Source of the DNA: Callorhinchus milii
Lineage: Eukaryota
Reading direction: 5' to 3'
DNA: 64,000 bases
Assembly (NCBI RefSeq): GCF_018977255.1
Contig: NW_024704760.1
Span: 1,860,001-1,924,000, forward strand
Position 1 is the stretch's first letter; each line of letters starts with the position of its first letter. Of this stretch, positions 22,187-33,600 are shown piece by piece. Under the pieces are notes generated by a model, which saw nothing but the letters and a program-made list of their open reading frames with translations, was not told the origin of the DNA and ran no database searches. The translations under genes were made by a program, and so were the position numbers.

Positions 22187-24110
22187 CCAATCAATCAATT
22201 AATCAATTTTTTTTAACCAGATGAATAGTGATCCAGCAGCACGAGGATGGATACCCTGTTTGGTTTCTCTGTTGAGGGGAATGCAATGGTTAATGGGTAA
22301 AAACTCTAATTACAGGGAAGGGCTACTCCTGCGAGGACGGCTGTCGACACTGCAGCAGAGAGGAGGCGAAAACAAGCGAGGAGATTCACAAGGGCAAAAG
22401 GTGTGAACGCCTTGGACTACTGCGGCTTAACTGGATGCCGCGTTTCGCCCACGAAACACACAGTCACTCCACTTCACAGCATATCCTGTGAAGCGCTTTG
22501 AGACATCTCAGCGACGTGATAAAGCGCTGTATCGAATGCAAGGATTATTATTACAATCATGCAAACACACTGCAGCTCAAGCGTTGTGTTGTTGAGTCGT
22601 TATCAAAGAAAACAAACACGTCTCTTGCGTCCGGTCAATAATAATAATAATAATAATAACAATAATAACGTTATTTAACCTGTTATTTCTTCATTCCACT
22701 AAAGCAGGGTGATTCACTGCGTGCTCTGTATCCTGGGTTTGCTGGGTGTCGTGTTGGTAATTTCGGGCATTTTCTACAAAAGGAGAAGGAAAATGAGTAA
22801 GTGGCTTGTGTTTCACAGGAGATTCCGTTCCATTCAACTGTTAAACAAACCACAACACTGACCGGGGTCCCGTCTGCCTGTCCAGGTGGACCTTAAAGAT
22901 CCCGTGGGACGACACAAAGACCAGGGAGTGTGTCCTGGCCGACAATCAAATAAAATCTGCCATCCCGCTTCCTGGCTGCTTTGTGGGACACTGCACCATG
23001 CAAAACGGCGGCTGCGTTTACCTAAAAAAAAACACACACGGTCACTACACTGTACAGTCAAATCCTGCGAAGCGCCTTGGGACGTCCTCCTGACGTGAAA
23101 GGCGCTTATAAATGGAATCTTGTTGTTGTTGTTGTTGTATAACCGACCGTATCTGTTCGCAGGTAAAAAGCAAGTGAAGCCTCGCGACACACCGGGAATA
23201 GACAGGACTTTGTCGCTCAGGTACAAACATTCGCTCTTGATCGTGTCGATAATGGCCGACAATCCCCCAAATAAAATCGGTCGCTCACTCCACCACTGTT
23301 TGTGGCACGTTGCTGTGCGCAAGCTGGCTGCCGCGTTTCACCCACAACACACACAGTCACTCCACTTCACAGTATATCCTGTGAAGCGCTTTGAGGCTTG
23401 GGATAAGTTGCTGCATCAAACGCAAGGATTATTATTATTATACGATTATTACTAACATCCTTTGATCTTGAGCAAGTAGGTTTGTCTGAAAGAATCCATT
23501 TATATACTATATTTATATGTAATAATAATAATTTATCTGGCATGTTTATGTATAATAATAACCCTTGCATTTGATATCGCGTCTTTGACACGCCTCAAAG
23601 CGCTTCGCGGGATATACTGTAAAGCGTAGCGACTGTGTATTTTGTGGGCGAAACGTGGCAGACTAGTTGCGCACAATAATAATAATAATACAGTGCCCTT
23701 CACACGGGGAAGCTTCTATTATTAATTATTATTATTATTTTTAATTATTAATAATCTTATAGCTCCCCTCTCCCCATCCCTCTGTGTTCATTGCAAACGA
23801 TTCGCGCTTTCTATTTAAGGTGTCACGCGTAGGGGAAGACTGCGTTGCTGACGACATGGGGCAGAGGGTTCCCGACCCGACAGAAGGGGACGCGCAGGGA
23901 AGCGGGGCTGGGTCCAGCGGTGGAGAGGACATCACGTACGAGACGGTCGGGGCCGAGGGGAGAAGGCCAGCAGTGGGCAGCGGCGAGGAGGATGGCATCA
24001 CGTATGCGGTTGTGCAACTTCAGGGCAGGTCGCGGTCTGGGGACAGAGAGGAAACCACAGACAAACCTCCAGGGGAGGAAGGCATCGTCTATGTAAATGT
24101 GTGGCTTTGA
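20317..24110 (+). CDS. Gene D: inhibitory V+Ig2 (MDIR-like) receptor with three tyrosine motifs
   Basis: Leader 20317-20356 (MMFALIFLMAFQP); V 20845-21165; Ig2 21762-22085; Cys-rich stalk 22316-22400; TM 22708-22796; tail exon 23171(or 23163)-23220; last exon 23820-24110 with ITYETV, ITYAVV, IVYVNV. The frame is kept only with the 23171 acceptor. Confidence 0.8.
20437..20650 (+). repeat. Unclassified interspersed repeat (partial copies 14535-14640 +, 17380-17600 -, 39003-39070 +)
   Basis: Shared CAGCCGGG(G)TGTCTGACAC..GCGGAAACCCATCACCGT and GGAATGGAA.GCGC.CTCTCT..CTCCCTGGAGGGAC. Confidence 0.55.
22155..22207 (+). repeat. (ATCA)n microsatellite
   Basis: Direct reading, about 12 units. Confidence 0.9.
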
Positions 24111-25670
24111 AGCAAGTGGCTCACCAGAGCGACAGCAAGGGAAACCACAGCCTTGTTCAAAGACGAGCACAGTTTCTCCCACAAAACACACAGCCGACTC
24201 GCTTTGCGGTGTGTTCCGCGAGGTGCCTTCAAAGAAGTCTCGAACACGTGATAAGGCGCTATTTTTCAAAGGCGGAGATTAAGGACAGTTTCTTAGAAAT
24301 GTCAGTCCTTTCGTGTCTTTGTTTCACACAAGAAGGTTGTGGCTTCTGTTTGATCTGCTGTAGATTTGAAGCTGTTACTAAAATACACTCATAAAATACA
24401 CATACAATATAAAATTCAACCTCTGCTGCTCTCGGTTCCTGTTACTTTAGCATATTAACACGCAGAGCGCTAGCCTCGCAGGTGAGAGGACCTGGGTTTG
24501 ATTGCCGGGCAGGGGACACATTGGGCAAGTTTCCTTCCTCCACGCACACTCCTGTTCACCCGGCATTAAGTAGGAATGTGGTTGTTAGTCGATTGGCGGA
24601 TCGCTTTTCCAGGGGTAATAAACCCTTCAAAAAAAATAATAATAATAATTCGGTCACTCACTCAATCCAGGGAAGGAGGGAAGTGGGGGAGGGGATAGGG
24701 GGAGGAGGGAGAGGGAGTGGGGTTAAACTCAAGAGATAATGATTGGTAAGCGACTTTGAGTTTATAAGACGGAGAGAGACGGATGGTGAGATTGAGGGTC
24801 ATGTGTCTGAACTTTGTGTCTCCATACAATCAGCACAAAAGACTTGTAAACAAGAGCTCACTGGAGTTCAGCAGAAAGTCAGTTCCAAGTGACTTGGATT
24901 CAAATGCAGGGATCGTTTTAGGTAAAGGCAAACAGACGGTTACTAGTGATGCCCACAAGTTCGAGAATGGCGCAAGAGAAATGGCTTGGAGCCTGCTATC
25001 ACTGCTGTCCCCGTCCATTGCCAACTACAAGGACGCATGCATTGGCAACGATCCCTTGGCAAGGCTATGGAACTGTGATTAAACCCTGCCAGTGCCTTGA
25101 CCTTGCGGTAGGTCTGCAAAGCACACAGAACAGTGAGGGTGTGGGGAGGGAGTTTACCTCGCAATAAGTATGAACCCAATTGTGGATCGCTTTCCGGAGG
25201 TAATAATCCCTCCTCGTTCCCCCCACCCCACCACCCAAAAAAAAATTGGTGACTCAATCCGCCGCTGTGCGCAATTGGCTGCCGCGTTTCGCCCACAGAA
25301 ATGCACCATCAATCCATGTTACGGTGCATCCTGTGAAGCGCTTTGAGACGTCCCAACGATGTGATAAGGTGCTGTATCAAATGCAAGGATTATTATTATT
25401 ATGAAGCAGAAGGCATCCCGTGGGGTTGAGGCTAGATGAAACTGGAGGCCTGCGCTCATGTGCCAAACACGCTCCCAGTTCCTTAAATTTATGGTGTGAG
25501 TTTCACAAGTATTGTCGGACATCAGCACAAGTCACAGGAGTATGCAAAGCTGCCAAACGGAACAAGAGATTTAGGAACAGGCAAATCTTAGTATTGAGTG
25601 CAGGGCACTACAGCAGACAACATCTTTATGAAACTTGGAGAGTCTTTTAAACAACAACGACCAAACAAAT

Positions 25671-28110
25671 ATGGATTTAACATTGTTCGTATTCATTAGT
25701 TGCTTATCATCAGGTAAGAACAATCCAATCGGTGTACGGTCACCCAGTATAAATGTTCGAACTGTCAAGCTGTATTAAAGGGTCACAGAAGCTTTGCTTA
25801 ATGTTCAGTCGGCAACCATGGGACCACCATTATTCACAGAATAACTACGTGCAGACCCGTAGTTTAGTAGTTAGAGCACTCACCTGGCAAGCGAGAGGAT
25901 CTGGGTTCGATTCCTGGGTGGGGCAAACTCTTTGGCAAGTTTCCCTACTCCACACGCCTCAACCAGCAATAAGCAGGAACCCGGTTGTTAGTCGATTGTC
26001 GGATCGCTTTCCATGGGTAACAATCCTTCAAAACAAATTGGTCACTCAACACACGACTGTTTGTGGGACGCTGCTGTGCGCAATTGGCTGCCGTGTTTCG
26101 CCCACAAAATACTCAGTCGATCCACTTTTCCGTGATGCATTCCGTGAGACGTCTCAAAGAACGTGAGAGGGCGCTGTATCAAATGCAAGGATTATTGTTA
26201 TCACCATTAATTAAACACCTTCTAATTAGAGGTTTGAGGGTTTTTTTTACACACTGCGATAGACATTTATCTTTCTTTTTAACAAAAAAAGAGGAACTTT
26301 TGTCTTTTTCATTCCCAGCTGCGAGGGCAATCAGTGGACCCAAGGCAGTGAATGGTTCAGTGGGGTCTCAGGTGCAGATCAGGTGTGAATACGACACAGT
26401 TTATAGCACGTACAGCAAGTACTGGTGTAAAGGCTACTACAGGAGACACTGCAATGTCCTGGCACAGACGTTGGGGCCTCAAAATACAACCGAGGATGGC
26501 AGAATAACAGTGGAAGTGGATAATAACAGGGGCGAGTTTTCAGTGACCATGAGGAAGTTAACATTGAGTGATGCGGGATGGTATTGGTGTGGTATAGAAC
26601 ACCCGCATATTCTCAACATGAAACACTCCGTCTGGCTCAGAGTTTACGAAGGTAAGGAACTGCCTCTCCGCTGTGTCTTGCTAACGACGTGTTACTGTAA
26701 AGGTTTTGTATGGTCGGACGCAACTTCTAAGCAAAATCAGCTCTTTTACCTCTTCAGAGGAGTAAGTTTCCTGATTCTCCCCCGTGCGCCTCTGTTTACC
26801 CAGCGGTAAGTAGGAACCCAGTTGTTAGTCGATTGGCGGATCTCTTTTCCGGGGGTAATAATCTCTTCCAAATTAATAAGTCAATAATAATAATTCGGTA
26901 ACTCAACCCATGACTGTTTGTGGGGACGCTGCTGTGCGCAATTGGCTGCCGCGTCTCGCCCGCAAAATACACAGTCAATTCACTTTACAACATATTCTGT
27001 GAAGTGCTTTTTGGACGTCATCAAATGCAAGGATTATGATTATTAGTTTGTCGAACGTTGCTGGGTTGGAAACTGAGCAGAACCCCTAGAAAGTACAGCA
27101 ACGTATGAGTAACAAGCAATAACAAAACTTTTAATAGGAAGACAGGAACAGGAGGAGGCCTTTCAGCCCCTCGAGCCTGTTCCTCCATTTTGTTAGATCA
27201 AGGCTGATCTGTACCCCAACTCCAATTACCCGCCTTTGCCCTATATCGCTTGAGCCTCTGACCTAAGAAACATCTGTCCACCTCAGTCTTGAAAACGTGA
27301 ATGAATCCAGCCGTAATCCGCAGCCTTTTGGGGGAGGGAGAGAATTTCATTAATTAATTGTTGTTGTTGATGTTAATTCATTAATTAATTTTCATTGCAG
27401 AGCTTCGCATTGTCTAACTTTGCGGCCAATGAGTAGTATTATTATATCAATGAGTATTGATAATTAATGAGTGTCGTTAATTAATGATTAATTATTTGAT
27501 AATTAATGAGCATCATTAGTTATTATTAATAATAAGTATTATTAATAATAATTATGAATTGTGTCTGTCGTATTGGATTGCGTTTAAGCAGGAATCGAGA
27601 CGTGGAATCCAACGGGTGAACAACAAAGGTAAACTTCCACTCGCACCGCTACACGGGACAGCGCCACTGACAAATACAGCGTTCCCCCCACCTTTACCGC
27701 CCCCCCACCCCCTCAACCCCACCCCCCCCCCACCCCAGCCCAATCTTGCATCAGCTCAGACTGTGAGCTCGAAATCCAGACGAGGGAAGCTTGAACCCAC
27801 ATCATTCTGACTCAAAGACCAACTCACCCTTGGTTTCCTGGCTGGTTGTAGAAGAAGTTCCTCTTCGTCCGTGCCTAGTCATTTACCACCACCCCCCCCG
27901 CCACCCGGCTCAGCGTCGCTCTCCGCCACTGTCTGGGGCGCTCCCCCGCACGAGTGAGGGGGTCGCTGTGTGAATGCAAGTTGAATCGTTGTTTGTTTCT
28001 ATTGATCCAGGGAGGGAGCGGCTACACATTACCTCACGTGGAACATTATACGTTGGGTTTTCTTCGCTGTCCTCCTCTGTTGGGGCGTTTGGACCATTTG
28101 GCAAAAATAG
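25671..28110 (+). CDS. Gene E: single-V activating-type receptor, Arg in TM, essentially tailless
   Basis: Leader 25671-25713 (MDLTLFVFISCLSS); V 26319-26651; 37-nt stalk 27592-27628; TM exon from 28011 (YLTWNIIRWVFFAVLLCWGVWTIWQK*), stop at 28108-28110; downstream exon from 28478. Confidence 0.8.
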
Positions 28111-29740
28111 CGGAATAACTGGTGAGTAAAATTACTGTAGCTGTTGGAAAGCAACAAACATCTCCACTCCCCCGGGGAGGGGGGGGGGGGGGGAAATGGG
28201 GGGAAATGGGGGTTTGGGGAGGGTGTCGGTATGGGGGACATTAGCAAAAGTGGCTGCCGCGCTCGCCTCCAAAATATACAGTCACTACACTTGACAGCAA
28301 GTCCTGCGAAGCGCTTTGAGATGTCCTCCCATATCAAGTGCAAGGATTACTATTATTATTAATAATAAACATGGTGAAATGCTGCGGGAATCATGTTTCT
28401 GGGGTATTCCTCCCGACGTGAAAGGCGTTATGCAAATGTAATCTTGTTGTTGTTGTTGTTGTTCTCTCCTCTCCCAGGTCCCAGATGTAGACCTCAACAA
28501 TTAGTCCACTCGTCGTAAACTCCAGTGAATTGTGCGGCGTTTCTGCTGATGGGACCGGACAGTCACACCTCAGCCCTTTACCTGCGAATCACCAACAAAT
28601 TCGTCACTCGATAGCAGTGTTGCAAATCCTTGACATAGTCATTTCACTTGTATTCTCCAGCCCAGCCCAACATGCAGTCTGAGACGCTCAACAGCGTCCT
28701 ATTCCCAAACAAAATTAATCTGACACGCAACGAGCATGTGGGCGACCACAAGAGAACAGACCAGATCAACGCTTGCTCCTGTCTGAAAGCTCCTATGCGG
28801 ACTATGGAGAACTCTACCCTTTGAGGTTTTCCTTTATTGGGTTGGAATCAAGTCGACACGACCAGCTCTGTCTTGAAGCGTTAAAGCCTTTCCATACGTC
28901 TAACCTCTGGGAAAGTAAATGAACAGTGGTCTTTGTAGTTAATTAACAAAGAGCACCTCATTGTCGGAGGTGACGTCTTTTGAATGAAACGTTAGAATGA
29001 TCTCACGTCTCCCTGTTCACGTGGATGTTAAAGATCCTGTGGTATTGTTAGAAAGGAGAAGGGAGTTTTTCTCCTTCAGTGTCTAGGCCAACAAATAAAA
29101 TCAGTCACTCACTTCACAGCTGTTTTTTGGGGGACTTTGCTGTGTGCAAAGCATGTGTGGCATTTGTTGACCAAATACCCAGTCACTACACTACATAGTA
29201 AAAACCTGTGAAGTGCTTTGAGACATTGGTGATCTGACAAGGAGACGAATCGAGGGCAAGGGTTGCTTCTTATTAATGATTATCATGAACACATTTACCT
29301 CCTTTTGATTAATCACGCCGTCGGGGAAGCAAAACAAACAAGAAAAATAAAACACAGCTATCACCCAAAGACACAACCCCCCCCCCCCACCCCCACCCCC
29401 ACCCCCAGAGGACAACACCTGTGACAAAGCATTGCACCCCCAGCATTGTGTTGGAGAGAAAGGCAAAGCAGCTCCAGCTCAAAAGCCCCAGCTCCAACCC
29501 ACATCCTTTTGAACCTTGAGATGCGGTTGAGATAAACTAAAGGGAAACGCTTTGTTGCATAAATGCCACACAGTGCGTGTTCTATTTTACACAGAGAACC
29601 CGACGAGAGGACGGAGTTAGATGACCAGAACGGTGAAGGATAGTGAGGGCGAAGTCCAGGAAAGGGGTTGAACTATTCTGATTTTCCACCTTAATACAAA
29701 CCCATTCATTCGAATCACCGTATTCATTCGAATCGCAAGG

Positions 29741-30154
29741 CAGGTTTTTATGGCAAACACAGGTTTTTATGGCAAACACAGGTTTTTATGGCAAACACAG
29801 GTTTTTATGGCAAACACAGGTTTTTATGGCAAACACAGGTTTTTATGGCAAACACAGGTTTTTATGGCAAACACAGGTTTTTATGGCAAACACAGGTTTT
29901 TATGGCAAACACAGGTTTTTATGGCAAACACAGGTTTTTATGGCAAACACAGGTTTTTATGGCAAACACAGGTTTTTATGGCAAACACAGGTTTTTATGG
30001 CAAACACAGGTTTTTATGGCAAACACAGGTTTTTATGGCAAACACAGGTTTTTATGGCAAACACAGGTTTTGATGGCAAACACAGGTTTTTATGGCAAAC
30101 ACAGGTTTTGACGGCAAACACAGGTTTTTATGGCAAACACAGGTTTTGACGGCA
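29741..30154 (+). repeat. 19-bp minisatellite (CAGGTTTTTATGGCAAACA) x ~21.8
   Basis: Perfect head-to-tail units without spacers; variant units (TTTGATGGC, TTTGACGGC) only at the 3' end. Confidence 0.95.
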
Positions 30155-30613
30155 AAGCGCTGGGCACAAACGCACAGGATCGCACGGACACTGTGCGGAG
30201 AGTGGGGTTTGTGTCCTCGCTGCTGAGGGCGGTTTCAGTCACCAACAATTTGGACAGTCGATGCGATTCTTCGAGCAACAGAACAATCGGGAGCTTGTGC
30301 GGGCAGGAGGCAGAGGGCTGTACCAGGGCTTCTCTGGTACCTATTTATCCCACACTAGACATGCTGTCAGGTCTGAGAGGGCGGTGTTGCGATTTCGCCT
30401 TTCTGCGCCACTCTGCTCTGTGCTGTGCCACTTACTCATCACAAACCCGCAGCTGTTTATAGAAGGAAATGAAACCTGGAGCGGCTCAGTCCAGAAGCAA
30501 AACCTCTCAAGTCAGGACCTGCGCGTGAAAACGAGAGTCTCATTAGTGTTTTGCTCCCCCCTCCCACCCCTCCCACCCCTCCCACCCCTTAAAAGAAGAT
30601 ATATCGTAAGAAT

Positions 30614-33600
30614 ATGGGTTTTACAGTTCTTCTGTCCGTGGTTTTCTTATCAGGTAAGGAATCTGTCGCTTTTAAGCGGGTGTGAAGGAACGAACGAGTC
30701 GCGTTAACATACACAGCCATTTACAGGGACCCGCAGATCGTGGATCGTTTTTATTGTTGGCTTTACTCGGTGGAACTCGTCCTGATCGTAACTAACTCGG
30801 TGCTACAATGAGGTTAGGAGTTTATCCTCCCTTCCCCCCCACCCCCCACCACCTCCAAAAAAAGGGGCTCCCTCTCACCCTCTCACTGGTAGCAATGTAT
30901 TTCTGTCTAAGCCCTTGTCAGGAGACGGTATAAATACAGTAAACTTCTGATAACTCGACCCTGACTTAACCTGTTACTACGCTTAAGTCATCAGGGCTGT
31001 CAACATCACGGCTGCGTTGAGTTAGTAATTGTATATATCGATCTCTATATGCCTAACTGGCCACTCCTGATAACTCGGCACTGCAAGAGGAAAAGGGGCC
31101 TCGCTGATGAGTTATGAGTTGAGTGTTCGCTGCGTTGAGTTGATTAGTTAAGTTTCGGTTAGTGGACAAAACTCAGGAAGTGCTGTTTGTCACCAAAACT
31201 GTGCTCGGAAACGTCAAGTGATTTTGTGAAACAAGAACTGCTGCGGAGTCCCAATTATTTAACGTTTTGGAGAAACATAGTTTTTGACGTTTGGCAACGA
31301 CCTGAAATGAAACACCGTCAGTACACGATGTGTTAGCAGCTATTGGAAACTTCTCGGAACTTCCTTGCAGGCTTCTGACCTGGGGTTTAGGAGGTGAGAA
31401 TTCCCACTAACCTAATAAAAATAATCCTTGCATTGGATAGAGTCTCGACATCAGGTCGTCGGGATGTCTCCAAGTGTCTGTGCCTGTAAAGCTCGCATGT
31501 TAGCGGCAGTTAAGCAAGTAACCTGCCTTCCCTTTTTTTCTTTGGAGTTGAGGTACAGATCGACCCTGATTTAGGAGAATGGTGGAACAGGCTCAAGGGG
31601 CTGAATGGCCTCCTCCTCCCGTTCCTATGCTCATATGTATATCTCGCTTTTGACAAACAGAAATTCTTACCCTCCCAAAGAATCAATTATTGCAAATTCA
31701 CATTGAACAGAGATAAAACTTCCCCCGGCCAGCCAGGTGTAGTCAGATACTTCATCCCTCCACCCCCACCCCCCCACTCTGCTGCGGGTTGGGTACAATG
31801 TACCAGGGAGGGGGTGCTGGGGTTGTGCTAATAATTGGGGCTTTATCTAGGACTATTTAAATAACTGGCTCAAAATAATGGAGTAAGAAGCCGACAGATT
31901 GTTTGCACGTTTCAGAAGCGGAGATTGGCCACAGATGAGCTCACTTTTTAGCACCAAATCCAAATCATAGAATCATAGAATATTACAGCACAGAAAGAGG
32001 CCATTCGGCCCATAGCGCCTGGGCAGGCAGGCTCTTTGGAAGAACTACCAACTAATCCCACTCCCCCAGTTTGGACTCTATGGTTCTCCCCCCCTCCCAC
32101 CTCCAAAACTGCGTCTAAACTCCCCAGGAATTGAGTGCATCCGACTTGCGTCATGAGAGGGGAGGGGTTGGGGGATGGAGGTGATAGGGGAGTGCGCATT
32201 GATTCCAGACCAGTGGAAATAATAATAATAATAATCCTTGCATTGGAGAGAGCCCCTTATCACGTAGTTGGGACGCCTCAAAGCGCTTCACAAGGATACG
32301 CGGTAAAGTGGAGTGACTGTGTGTTTTCTGGGCGAAACCAATGGATTCGCACTGGTTGGCCAAAGCCAAGAAAAACTATAATGCTTATCATGTCTAGATC
32401 AGGAACAAAGCAAAGGGAAGAAAAAGTTGGGAGCTGCCCACACACAAACACACACACACACACACCATACACACACCCACACACACACACACACACACAG
32501 AGGATCTCGGACTGAATTACATGATACAATTGTGAGAAGCTATTGTTCACTTGAAGCCCTATGACGTGTCCCTGTACTGAATAGTAATGTCTCTTGGGCT
32601 CCCATTGTAAATAAATAGGAAGTTCCTTCAACAGGAACGCATCGCACAGATTGATGCATTTCGAGGCAAGGCACGCACATCAGCGTCCACGATGCACATG
32701 TGTCCCTTCACTCAGCGTCGTACCAGCTGGACGCAAAACCGTCTAACCGTGCCTGTGACGCAGCAATCCACCAAAACCAGGCCACGGACCGAAATTTAGT
32801 GACGCTCGACATCAGCCCCTGAGTAACAATTCATCGGCAAGAAAATCCCCCCAAAATTCGCGTGCGGACAAAGAGGACGAAGAAACAGTAATAGCCCCCG
32901 CGCTTGTTGTAGCGGCTCATTTATCGCGTCTTCGTGACGTCCCAAAGTCCTTCGCAGGACGCGCCGTAAAGCGAATTGACTGCGCACAGTTTGTGGGCGA
33001 AACGCAGCACGTGAGGTGAACGCTTCACCGAAAACTAGACGGGTCGTCCTTGGTCTTTTTTCGTCCAGTAATTGCTGTGCGGTCAAAGTAGGCGATCTTC
33101 GTTGAACCCGAAATCAGCCCAAAGTTTTTATATGGACTTGGGCCGAAGAAGCCCTTTGGACTCATTGGATCATCTCGTCCTTCCCTGAATCTCCCTCCTC
33201 CCCAACGCGCCACCCACCCCCCCCCCCCACCCCCCACGCGCCCCCCTCCCATCTCTCTGTCCTCCCATTACAGAGTCCTGGGTCTCCATTCATTGATAAC
33301 CTTCAGGGGTAAACAGGATCCATAGCCCATGTCCTCCCAACGCTATACAAATGTAATTTTGTATTGTATTATTATTATTATCATAAAGCCCTTCACTCCA
33401 GGTAGAGTCTCAAAGCTCTTGAAGTCCATTCAAATCAACCGAGGGCAACTTGCAACTTGAAAAAAACCAAACCGGGGGGGAAAGGGCGAGGGGAGGAGAG
33501 GGTGGGGGGAGGGCGAGGGGGGACGGAGGTGCAGGTGGGGTGGGGAGCGAGGTGGGAGAGGTGGGGGGGAAAGCGGGAGTGGGAGAGGGGGCGGGCAGGG

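Noticed and set aside
26063-26809. Long single-exon ORFs (also 33905-34636)
   Set aside because: Only the V exon is coding; the rest is SINE or intron read-through.
27910-28104. Minus-strand cytoplasmic exon EEDSEENPTYNVP
   Set aside because: It is the antisense reading of the gene E TM exon, which has proper splice sites and the conserved IRW motif.
29741-30154. CRISPR array or repeat protein (MANTGFYGKHRFLWQTQVF)n
   Set aside because: No spacers and eukaryotic context. A stop-free 19-bp unit gives the same peptide in all three frames, so the ORFs are artefacts.
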